In this document: positions 9,489 through 17,683 of the stretch, piece by piece | How positions within the stretch are numbered: the stretch's first letter is position 1 | How the letters are laid out: each line of letters opens with the position of its first letter | NCBI GenBank assembly: GCA_013343275.1 | Contig: CP046106.1 | Location: 192,001-256,000, forward strand | Source of the DNA: Candidatus Nanohaloarchaea archaeon | GTDB lineage: Archaea > Nanohalarchaeota > Nanosalinia > Nanosalinales > Nanosalinaceae | Length of the DNA: 64,000 nucleotides | Reading direction: 5' to 3' | Notes under the pieces: generated by a model | The model's input: the letters and a program-made list of their open reading frames with translations, nothing else | What the model was told of the DNA's origin: nothing | Databases searched by the model: none | Made by a program: the position numbers and the translations under genes

Positions 9489-10010
9489 ATGCCGATAACA
9501 GGTGGAACTTCGGTAGGAGTAGCTCTGGAAACGTTCGTTTACACGCCTATCAGGCAGCCTGGTCTACTGCCTACTCTTCTTCCGATTATTGTTGGTGGTA
9601 TTGTTATAGAGCTGTACTTCGGCCGTTTCACAAGCGAAGAGCTTGGCTGGAATACGGCAGTAGGTAACGCAGTTATATGGATTACTACAGGTGCAAACCT
9701 GCTTTTCAGCTCCGCACTGACAGCAGGGGAGAAACAGGCCGCGTATGCACTGATTGGTATAGGAGGCCTCGTCGGCTATATGGATTTCTACCATAAATGG
9801 CCGGACACCATCGCATTCCTGGTCTCATCTTCCGGAATAGTCTACACACTGGCCTATATCACAGTTATCTTCGTCAAGACTGACCTGAATGTAAATAGCC
9901 AGACCTTGAGGGCTGCCGCTGTATTCTTTGTAGCGACCCAGGTGGTGTTCAAGATTGTGCAGGGAATGGAGACTACGGCTGACGATGGAAACGACCTGGA
10001 CTTTAACTAG
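9489..10010 (+). CDS. Hypothetical membrane protein
   Basis: Multi-TM ORF; EELGWNTAVGN. Confidence 0.65.
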   Translation: MPITGGTSVGVALETFVYTPIRQPGLLPTLLPIIVGGIVIELYFGRFTSEELGWNTAVGNAVIWITTGANLLFSSALTAGEKQAAYALIGIGGLVGYMDFYHKWPDTIAFLVSSSGIVYTLAYITVIFVKTDLNVNSQTLRAAAVFFVATQVVFKIVQGMETTADDGNDLDFN

Positions 10011-10047
10011 AATAACCGGTTTATAATTTCAGGTCCAAGAACTTGAT

Positions 10048-12210
10048 GTGCAACTTCTAAATCAGGAAAAAATTGAATCAAGAACATACCAGGAAGTCAT
10101 CGCGGCCTCCGCCAAAGACCGAAACACACTAGTAGTACTGCCGACAGGCCTCGGAAAAACAGTTATCGCAGCTATGGTCTCCTCCATGAAGCTGCAGGAA
10201 GGAAAAGTACTTTTCCTCGCTCCTACAAGGCCTCTGGTTGAACAGCACAGGTCCACTTTTACTGATCTGTTGGAGCTTCCGGAAGTCGACATGCAGATGA
10301 TGACAGGTAGCACACGGCCTGACAAGAGGTACGAGCTCTGGAAGGAGAAGAGGGTTTTCTTCGGAACTCCACAGGTTGTGGAAAACGATCTTATAGCAGG
10401 AGAGGTGCCTATTGAGGATTTCTCGCTTGTTATCTTCGATGAGGCCCACCGAGCTACCGGTGACTATGCGTACAACTTCATCAGCGAAAAAATGCGCTGC
10501 CAGAGACTGGCGTTAACCGCATCTCCAGGAGGAAGCAAGGATAAAATTATGGATGTGGCAGAGAATCTGGAGATCAATAATTTCGAAGTTCGTACAGAGG
10601 ATGACCCGGATGTAGAGCCGTATATCCAGGATAAAGAGGTCAACTGGACCAAGGTCTCGCTCAACAACCGTTTTGAGAACGCGAAGGAAAAAATGGAGGA
10701 TGCCTACAGGACACAGCTCAAGAAGCTGAAGAACATGGGCCAGATAGATTCTATATCGAACGTACAGAAGACTGATCTTCTGAATCTCAGAGGACAGATC
10801 AGCTCGGAGCTCTCGCAGTCAGATGATTCGGAACTCTACGCAGCTATCTCTCATGTAGCTACAGCATTGAAGATCTCCCAGGCCATAGAGTTGCTGGAGA
10901 CGCAGGGTGTAACGCAGTGCTACGAGTACATACAGGGCCTGGAGAATGATGATTCGAAGGCTGCTGGAAGAGCTCTGAACGACGATGATTTCCAGAAAGG
11001 TAAGGCGATGGTGGAGTACCTGATGAAGAAGGAAGAGGAGCATCCGAAGGTAGAGAAGCTTGTAGATATGCTGGAGGATCTGGGTGACGACGAGAAAGCT
11101 CTTATCTTCACCGAGTACCGTAACTCAACGAACAGGATAGTTGAAGAACTGAACGATCAGGGTCATTCTGCTACGAAGTTTATAGGCCAGCAGGGGGATG
11201 AAGGAATGAGTCAGACACAGCAGATAGAAACTCTGGAGGAGTTCGAGGCCGGAGAGTATAACGTAGTTGTCTCAACAAGCATTGGAGAGGAAGGCCTGGA
11301 TATCCCGGCAGTTGACAAAGTTATATTCTATGAACCTGTACCCTCAGCTATCAGGAGTATCCAGCGCGCAGGAAGAACGGGAAGACAGGAGTCTGGAGAG
11401 GTTCACGTCCTTATCGCCGAAAATACGCGAGACGAAGGATACTACTGGAGTGCACACCACAAGAAGAAGAATATGAACAAGGTGCTGCAGGAGCTGAAGA
11501 ATGAGGATCTGGGTCAGGAACAGCAGACACTTCAGAACTTCAACGAATCCGAGGCCAAGAAGATAGAGGACAACTCTCCGGATGTCAAGGTTATTGCTGA
11601 CGACCGTGAGAACTCGATTGCCAAGGAACTCTCACGGAAGAACATTGAGGTCGAGAAGAAGAGGCTGGATGTCGCTGACTTCCTGGTTTCGGAGGATACT
11701 GCTATTGAGAGGAAGAAGGCCGAGGACTTTGTCGATTCGATGATCGATCAGAGGCTTTTCGACCAGATTCAGGATCTTCAGCAGTTTTCCAACCCGATGA
11801 TAGTTATTGAAGGCCGCAACCTGTACAACCACAGAGATGTAGATCCTGACGCCATCAGGGGAGCAATGGCCTCTGTTGCACTAGACTACGGTATGCCAAT
11901 CGTATGGACGGAGAACGAGAAGGACACTGCAGAGATGCTGGAGTCGATGGCGAAGAGAGAACAGGAGGACAACGAAAAGGATGTGGCGGTCCGCGGAACC
12001 TCTATGCAGAAGTCCAGGAAAGAGAGAATGAAGTTCGTGGTAGCAGGCCTTCCAGGTGTCAACACCAAGATTGCGGAGAGACTGCTCGAAGAATTCGATT
12101 CTATACAGAAGATTTTTACGGCTTCAGAAGATGAGCTTAAAAATGTGGAAGGTATAGGAGATAAAAAGGCGGAGAACATCCGAAAAATGATTTCACAGGG
12201 CTATGAGTAA
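10048..12210 (+). CDS. hef: Hef helicase/ERCC4 nuclease
   Basis: PTGLGKT, DEAH, TAS, QRAGRTGR, followed by ERCC4 ERK motif and HhH repeats. Confidence 0.93.
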   Translation: MQLLNQEKIESRTYQEVIAASAKDRNTLVVLPTGLGKTVIAAMVSSMKLQEGKVLFLAPTRPLVEQHRSTFTDLLELPEVDMQMMTGSTRPDKRYELWKEKRVFFGTPQVVENDLIAGEVPIEDFSLVIFDEAHRATGDYAYNFISEKMRCQRLALTASPGGSKDKIMDVAENLEINNFEVRTEDDPDVEPYIQDKEVNWTKVSLNNRFENAKEKMEDAYRTQLKKLKNMGQIDSISNVQKTDLLNLRGQISSELSQSDDSELYAAISHVATALKISQAIELLETQGVTQCYEYIQGLENDDSKAAGRALNDDDFQKGKAMVEYLMKKEEEHPKVEKLVDMLEDLGDDEKALIFTEYRNSTNRIVEELNDQGHSATKFIGQQGDEGMSQTQQIETLEEFEAGEYNVVVSTSIGEEGLDIPAVDKVIFYEPVPSAIRSIQRAGRTGRQESGEVHVLIAENTRDEGYYWSAHHKKKNMNKVLQELKNEDLGQEQQTLQNFNESEAKKIEDNSPDVKVIADDRENSIAKELSRKNIEVEKKRLDVADFLVSEDTAIERKKAEDFVDSMIDQRLFDQIQDLQQFSNPMIVIEGRNLYNHRDVDPDAIRGAMASVALDYGMPIVWTENEKDTAEMLESMAKREQEDNEKDVAVRGTSMQKSRKERMKFVVAGLPGVNTKIAERLLEEFDSIQKIFTASEDELKNVEGIGDKKAENIRKMISQGYE

Positions 12211-13225
12211 AAAACCACTGATAATAGGCGTAGATCCCGGAAGTACTTCTGCAGTAGCAGCTATCGACCTCGAAGGAGAAAAACATCTCCTCACCAGCGG
12301 TAAAAACTTCCCACCGCACGAGATAATCGAGGAAGTTATTCAGACAGGTAAACCGGTGGTCGTAACATCTGACAAGGCCAAGATGCCGTCAAAAGTCGAC
12401 AAGATCGCATCCTCCCTCGGCGCAGAAACATACGTACCGGACAGAGATCTCGAACAGGAGAAAAAGAAAGAACTGGGCCACGGCGATAACTCACACGAGA
12501 AAGACGCACTTGCCTCCGCAGTCAACGCATACAACAACCTTCAAAGAGAAATAAGAAAGATAGAGAGTTTTTCCAAAGAACTTGAACAGGATAAAACCAC
12601 AATAGCAGATAGATACTTCTCTGACAGGCCTATCCAGCCGCAGAATGATGAAGACGATGATTCTGATGAGAGGATTGATGTTGAGGAGTCGAGGCCTGTA
12701 GATGAAGAGGTTGATCCGGAGAAGCAGAGGATGGAGGCGAAGATAGAGAATCTGGAGGAACAGATAAACGAGCTGAAGTCCGAGATGGGCGAGATGGAGG
12801 CCGAGAACGACAGGCTTCGAGGTAAACTCGAGAAAGTAAAGGAAGAGGACCGTCAGGAAGTACTGAAGGAGAGAGAAGTAACCAGGCGAGAGGCCCTGAT
12901 AAAAGAGAAGAATGAGAGGATTGAGGAACTTGAGGAGAAACTGGAGAACGCAGAGATAAGAGAGGAACAGTACAGAGAGGCCCTGAAGAAGCTCTATGAA
13001 GGCGGTGAACTTATTGAGATAGTAACTCACAGAACTGATGAGGTGCCGGAGAAATCGCTTACCCGGTCGGAAGAACTGCAGGAGAAGCTGGAGGCCCGTG
13101 GATTCAATATACGTCATGTAGATGATGTTGAGGCCGTGGAAACAGAGCGTTTTGCCGTGGTCGATGAGTTTCCTAAAGCTAAAAACTTCCGGAAAGTAAT
13201 TGATGAATACCGGGAGTCAAGATAG
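12203..13225 (+). CDS. DUF460 protein (RNase H-like fold plus coiled coil)
   Basis: IIGVDPGSTSAVA, HEKDALA, long coiled coil. Confidence 0.85.
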   Translation: MSKKPLIIGVDPGSTSAVAAIDLEGEKHLLTSGKNFPPHEIIEEVIQTGKPVVVTSDKAKMPSKVDKIASSLGAETYVPDRDLEQEKKKELGHGDNSHEKDALASAVNAYNNLQREIRKIESFSKELEQDKTTIADRYFSDRPIQPQNDEDDDSDERIDVEESRPVDEEVDPEKQRMEAKIENLEEQINELKSEMGEMEAENDRLRGKLEKVKEEDRQEVLKEREVTRREALIKEKNERIEELEEKLENAEIREEQYREALKKLYEGGELIEIVTHRTDEVPEKSLTRSEELQEKLEARGFNIRHVDDVEAVETERFAVVDEFPKAKNFRKVIDEYRESR

Positions 13226-13227
13226 AA

Positions 13228-13809
13228 GTGTTTACAACAGCAGACCTAACTGAGCGGCAGGAGAAACTGAACAAGACCTTCCTTTTCATGATCAAACTTC
13301 TCGCAGCAGGAGGAATCTTCCATCTAATACTTTACATCTACCCGAACACCTACTCGCTGCAGGTGGGACTGGCCCAGCAAGTAAACTATATAACTGGTTT
13401 AATAGGAATGAACCTCCACCAGCAGGGGATATACCTGATCAGCGACTCGGCACGGTACTACATAACACAGGACTGCCTCGGATGGAAATCAATGGCCATG
13501 TTCACGGGCCTCGTCTTCGCAGGTTCAACAAAGTTCAGAAACCACCTGAAATACGTTATCTCAGGAGTAGGCCTCATCTACCTGGCAAACCTGATTAGAG
13601 TGGTCTCCACGCTCTACCTCGCGGAGAAAGGAATAATATCCTTCGGAGTAATCCACGGAGTAATGTGGAAATGGGGGCTCACAGCACTGGTCCTTGTGAT
13701 GTGGGTGGCGTGGTTCAACTTCGCAGAGATAGAGGAAGAAGCACATGTACTGGAAAGAGAACTGAGAAAGGCGACGTCGAACCTCTCAGAAAATAGAGGA
13801 GAGAAGTAG
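13228..13809 (+). CDS. Archaeosortase/exosortase-family membrane protease
   Basis: Cys-Arg-His triad: ITQDCLG, ANLIRV, VIHG. Confidence 0.8.
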   Translation: MFTTADLTERQEKLNKTFLFMIKLLAAGGIFHLILYIYPNTYSLQVGLAQQVNYITGLIGMNLHQQGIYLISDSARYYITQDCLGWKSMAMFTGLVFAGSTKFRNHLKYVISGVGLIYLANLIRVVSTLYLAEKGIISFGVIHGVMWKWGLTALVLVMWVAWFNFAEIEEEAHVLERELRKATSNLSENRGEK

Positions 13810-14682
13810 AAAACCTGCGCCGAAGATATCGGTAAGCAGTAGGGCCAGCACGAAAACCGGCATGAAAGGCACGCCTTCTCTTATCTCAAACTCCTCGTCT
13901 TCAATTCCCTCTATATCTTCCTCTGTCAGGCCTACAATACGGTCGTCAAAGCCCTGTCCCGGCGCCGCCACGTCTCCAGGCTCCAGATCGCTGGTGTCGA
14001 CAGTTCTGTAAAACGCCTCGTCCTGCACTACTTCAAGGAAACGGGTAAGCAAGATCATGAAGACAAAAAGCAGGGAGAAAACCAGTGCAGGAACCTTCAA
14101 AGTAGTCATAAACACGGCCAGTACAGCTACAGCAGCTAACTCAAGGCCTATACGTTTTCTATCGTTTTTCAGGCTTTCCGCAGTCTTACTCCACACTTCA
14201 GGGTTTCTGAAGCTCTTGTAGAGGGTGAATCCCATTATGTAGACGAAGCCTGCAAGAGTGATGTTCACGAACAGGTTGATAGGATCGAGCAAGGTCGCTG
14301 TTCCTACGTAAGGAGCGCCGAAACCTAGAGCGCTCATGGCGAATGCATCTGCACCCCCCCACATCCCGTTCCAGTAGGCAGCCCAGCCCATCGCCGAGAA
14401 AACCAGGCCTACCGAAAGAGAGTAGAAAAGAGGCTCCCCTAGAGCTGCCATGAGAGATGCAATCCCGGAGTAGGAGAAAATTGCTGTGAAGCCATTCGTG
14501 GCTATGAAGTCTGTCACCGCGTTCAGCTGCAGAGGGCGGGAGGCTATGAAGTGAAGGCCTATACCTCCCAGGACTGCTGATGCACAGAAGATATCGGGTA
14601 CATCGGTGGTATCCAGGTCGAAAAGTGAGGCTACGAAAAGCATTGAGAAAGTCAGTGCGTGTGACAGAACTGTGAATACCAT
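13786..14682 (-). CDS. A24 prepilin/preflagellin peptidase (PibD/FlaK-like)
   Basis: ASLFDL..VPD and WGGAD catalytic aspartate motifs; C-terminal GVPFMP. Confidence 0.85.
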   Translation of the reverse strand: MVFTVLSHALTFSMLFVASLFDLDTTDVPDIFCASAVLGGIGLHFIASRPLQLNAVTDFIATNGFTAIFSYSGIASLMAALGEPLFYSLSVGLVFSAMGWAAYWNGMWGGADAFAMSALGFGAPYVGTATLLDPINLFVNITLAGFVYIMGFTLYKSFRNPEVWSKTAESLKNDRKRIGLELAAVAVLAVFMTTLKVPALVFSLLFVFMILLTRFLEVVQDEAFYRTVDTSDLEPGDVAAPGQGFDDRIVGLTEEDIEGIEDEEFEIREGVPFMPVFVLALLLTDIFGAGFLLLSSIF

Positions 14683-14720
14683 GACTTGATTTAAATTCCG
14701 GAAGTTAAAAACAACTTTGT

Positions 14721-15251
14721 GTGAGAAAGAAACAGCGACTTCTAGCTGATCCTGGCGTCAGCACCTTTTTCCAGGCTGTCATGAAGAACTCTCCTGTCGA
14801 ACTGGAGGAACTGTGCAGCAGTATAGGTGTACAGAAGCAGCGTGCCAGGAACTGGATGAATGAACTGGATGAGGAAGACTTGATAACAGTTGAGAGAACT
14901 GAAGGCAGGGTCAAGATCTCGGTAGATGAAGACAACATCGAGGCCCTGAATTCTTTCGCAGCTGATCTACAGAACGATTTCTCCTCAGAACTCCAGAAAT
15001 GGGATGAAAGATTGAGTCAGGCAGCGAACGAAATGGTGCGCATGAAAGACGTACTGGACGATGAAGACGCAGTCCAGGAGTTCAACGACAGGCTGAACGA
15101 ACTTAAGGACTCCAGCGAAGAAATCGATATCCAGGCCCTGAAATCGCTGAGCGAGGTAGAGAGCTTTCTGGGTTACAGCGAGATAGCCCGTGAAGAGATG
15201 CATAAGTTCCACAGAAAGTTCAAGGTACTGGACAGGATAAAAGGCCTTTGA
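14721..15251 (+). CDS. Hypothetical wHTH/coiled-coil protein (start probably about 14781)
   Basis: LEELCSSIGV..RARNWMNELDEEDLI is HTH-like. Confidence 0.55.
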   Translation: MRKKQRLLADPGVSTFFQAVMKNSPVELEELCSSIGVQKQRARNWMNELDEEDLITVERTEGRVKISVDEDNIEALNSFAADLQNDFSSELQKWDERLSQAANEMVRMKDVLDDEDAVQEFNDRLNELKDSSEEIDIQALKSLSEVESFLGYSEIAREEMHKFHRKFKVLDRIKGL

Positions 15252-15270
15252 AAGTTAATTTTTAAGTAGG

Positions 15271-16542
15271 ATGTTTTGTAATGTGATTGTATGTATGAAC
15301 TCGGGCAGTCTTTACTCTATGATGACAACAGGTTTCTCCACACACACACACACGGATAGTAAGAAATTAATTTCTGGCTCAAGTAAAGGCCAGTCAGCGA
15401 TCGAGTACTTGACCACTTATGGCTGGATGCTCTTGGTTGTTGCAATTGTTGGAGGCAGTATTTTTACTACAGTTCAGGGTCAGGCACAGCTTGAGACCTC
15501 AGGATTTGAGAATAGCGGTGTTTCACTCGTTGATTCTGGTATGACTGGCAGTTTCTACGCAATGCAGCTACGAAACACGGAAGCTAACCAGATAGAAGTA
15601 CAGAAAATAACTTTGTCAGATAGCAACACCGAAGTTGTTAAAAGGCCTGAAGAAACTATTCCAGCAGCTGGAGAATCCACTTTTCAGTTAATCGGTTTAG
15701 CAGAGTCAAACGCTCAAAACACTGTGAACGTAAAAATAACTTATGATTCAGATGGCCTCAACAACCTGGTAGCAGAAGGTACAATCACAGGCAATCTAGA
15801 ACTCAACACAGAAAAAGCAGAGCCCGGGAACGGACAATGGGAGTTCGTAGACGTCTCCAAAGTCCCGCAGAGAACAGTCGATACCTCTGGGATGTCTGAT
15901 TTCTATATTATGAAGTATGAGGCCTCAGCAAAGTCAAATGTTTCCAATCCTCCTACTTCTGCTACTCCTGTCTCAGTTAAAGGCAATATTCCGTGGGCAC
16001 AGATCAGTCAGAACGAGGCTATACAGGTCTGCCGAGATGCTGGCTACAGTCTTCCGTCTAATAAGCAGTGGCAGGCAGCTACAATGGCAGAGATCGGCAA
16101 CGCGAGTACGCAACCGTTAGGTAATACGAACAGTGGGAGCGATGCTAATGGTAACTCCGGCACTCCCGATCCTACCCAGAATGGTCGTGTCTTGACCGGT
16201 ACTGGCCCAAGTTCCTGGGCGAACCCGATCGGAGTCTACGACCTGAACGGTAATGTCTGGGAATGGACTTCCACAGTTGTTGACCAATCGCATCCGATGC
16301 ATAAAGGAGGGAGCGATGGAAACGTGGCTTCCTGGAACAACAATGGTTATCCTGAGACTCTGGGTAGTGCTAATTCCAGTCTAGGCAGTGATTATTACTG
16401 GTCTTCATCGAACGATAACCGTGCCGTTCGGCGTGGTGGCGACTGGAACGGTGGCGCGGGGGTCGGAGTGTTCTCCATGTCCCTGGGCAACGCTCCGTCG
16501 GACTCGGGCACGGACTTCGGGTTCCGGTGTTCTCTTTCCTGA
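15271..16542 (+). CDS. DGR target protein: class III signal-peptide pilin-like N-terminus fused to an FGE-sulfatase/CLec-fold domain carrying the VR
   Basis: KG|QSAIEYLTTYGWMLLVVAIV; MKYEAS, LPS..QW, GVYDLNGNVWEW, RRGGDW, GFRC; alternative starts at 15295, 15319, 15322. Confidence 0.9.
   Translation: MFCNVIVCMNSGSLYSMMTTGFSTHTHTDSKKLISGSSKGQSAIEYLTTYGWMLLVVAIVGGSIFTTVQGQAQLETSGFENSGVSLVDSGMTGSFYAMQLRNTEANQIEVQKITLSDSNTEVVKRPEETIPAAGESTFQLIGLAESNAQNTVNVKITYDSDGLNNLVAEGTITGNLELNTEKAEPGNGQWEFVDVSKVPQRTVDTSGMSDFYIMKYEASAKSNVSNPPTSATPVSVKGNIPWAQISQNEAIQVCRDAGYSLPSNKQWQAATMAEIGNASTQPLGNTNSGSDANGNSGTPDPTQNGRVLTGTGPSSWANPIGVYDLNGNVWEWTSTVVDQSHPMHKGGSDGNVASWNNNGYPETLGSANSSLGSDYYWSSSNDNRAVRRGGDWNGGAGVGVFSMSLGNAPSDSGTDFGFRCSLS
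15339..15353 (+). repeat. (CA)7C microsatellite in the signal-peptide coding region
   Basis: CACACACACACACAC read directly; encodes THTHT. Confidence 0.9.
16419..16530 (+). repeat. DGR variable repeat (VR)
   Basis: 112 bp ungapped match to 17373-17484 with 17 mismatches, all opposite TR adenines. Confidence 0.97.
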
Positions 16543-16642
16543 TTGCTGGAGGCTGGTTTGCTATGAGAATTAATTGTTTTCCGGCGTTTGGAGAAGTTAA
16601 TCTGGCAAAATCTCTTATTCAGGAAGCTGAGGCCGATCTCTA

Positions 16643-17020
16643 ATGGGAGAGATGGATTTCACTGGTTTGCAGGCGTATGAGGAGGTTTCTCCAGCAGTTG
16701 TGAAAGGTCTGAAATTATTGAGAGATCTGGATGATTACGATACATACTGGGATTTTATTTTGAAGGGTTTGCGGCGTGACCTGGCTGAGTCCCTGCCCCT
16801 GCTCGCTGACGGGTATAACCGGTATCACTATGATGACAAGGCGGAGGCTTATCGGAAGGCTCGGAGCAAGATGTCGAGGTGTCAGTCCTGTTTCCTGATT
16901 TTGAAGGATGTCGGTGTTCTCAACAGTAAAGATGTTTCATCGGTCTGTGAGGGTTTGGAAGGTGGCATCGGACGCCTTAATGGTTTGATCAGTCGTATGG
17001 AGGATGATTCCGGTGCGTGA
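16643..17020 (+). CDS. Four-helix-bundle protein (23S rRNA IVP/Avd superfamily)
   Basis: F..L..Y and LADGYNRYHYDDKAEAYRKARS match the IAEG.GR...K..F...ARGS family pattern; LNGLI C-terminus. Confidence 0.7.
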   Translation: MGEMDFTGLQAYEEVSPAVVKGLKLLRDLDDYDTYWDFILKGLRRDLAESLPLLADGYNRYHYDDKAEAYRKARSKMSRCQSCFLILKDVGVLNSKDVSSVCEGLEGGIGRLNGLISRMEDDSGA

Positions 17021-17345
17021 TTTGAAGCTGTTTCAGAAAAGCTATGATTTTTATGAAGAAGTTTATCCAACTTTGAAGAATTTTCCCCAATCGGAGCGTT
17101 TTGTCATGGTGCAGAAAATCCAGGATTCTTTCCTTGATTTTATCTCTCATATTATTTCAGCTCGAAAAGCCAGTAACACTCTTCACTACTTGAGGAAGGC
17201 GGATAGAGAGCTTGAGAAGACGAAGATTTTCTTCCGTCTCTCCCGCGACCTTGGTTTTATTTCGGCTGGCCAGCACGAAAATATTTCTGAGGACTTGGTT
17301 GAACTAGGTAAGATGCTTGGAGGCTGGATAGACAGTGAGAAATGA
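17004..17345 (+). CDS. avd: DGR accessory variability determinant Avd
   Basis: DLKLFQKSYDF, FPQSERF, LRKAD.ELEK, RLSRDLGFIS, ELGKMLGGW; lies immediately upstream of the TR. Confidence 0.9.
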   Translation: MIPVRDLKLFQKSYDFYEEVYPTLKNFPQSERFVMVQKIQDSFLDFISHIISARKASNTLHYLRKADRELEKTKIFFRLSRDLGFISAGQHENISEDLVELGKMLGGWIDSEK

Positions 17346-17372
17346 TATTAGGGCCGGTACTGTTTTCGGAGC

Positions 17373-17484
17373 CCGTGCCGTTCAACGTGGTGGCAACTGG
17401 AACAATGGCGCAAGAGTCGGAGTGTTCTCCATGAACCTGAACAACGCTCCGTCGAACTCGAACACGAACATCGGGTTCCGGTGT
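17373..17484 (+). repeat. DGR template repeat (TR)
   Basis: AAC-rich copy of the VR (8 AAC and 1 AAT in the VR frame; 27 adenines), located between avd and RT. Confidence 0.97.
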
Positions 17485-17683
17485 CCTCCCGTCTTTTTCA
17501 GGCGAGAACCTGGTCATCCAAAGGATGCCGGGGCAAAGCCGATCATGTGGAGGGAGAACTTCGGTGCCGGCCTGCCCAACCGACGAAAAGAGCGGAGGCG
17601 AAAAATTCTCTAAAAAAGCGGATGACAGCCAGTAAACACGGCGTTGAAAGCTGAAATCCGCCACATCTCTTCTTTTCAGAAAA
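17485..17683 (+). ncRNA. Structured spacer of the DGR TR RNA
   Basis: 17485-17499 pairs imperfectly with 17585-17598; CATCC-AAA-GGATG at 17515-17527; GCGGAT 17618-17623 pairs with ATCCGC 17656-17661. Confidence 0.6.

Noticed and set aside
16543-16642. Canonical GC-rich DGR hairpin downstream of the VR
   Set aside because: Only an imperfect, G-T-containing inverted repeat (about 16569-16601) is visible, which is too weak to call.
17335-17613. 92-aa ORF resembling the target's C-terminus
   Set aside because: It is the TR and spacer read in the VR frame. An open frame is expected from an AAC-rich TR, so it is not evidence of a protein.
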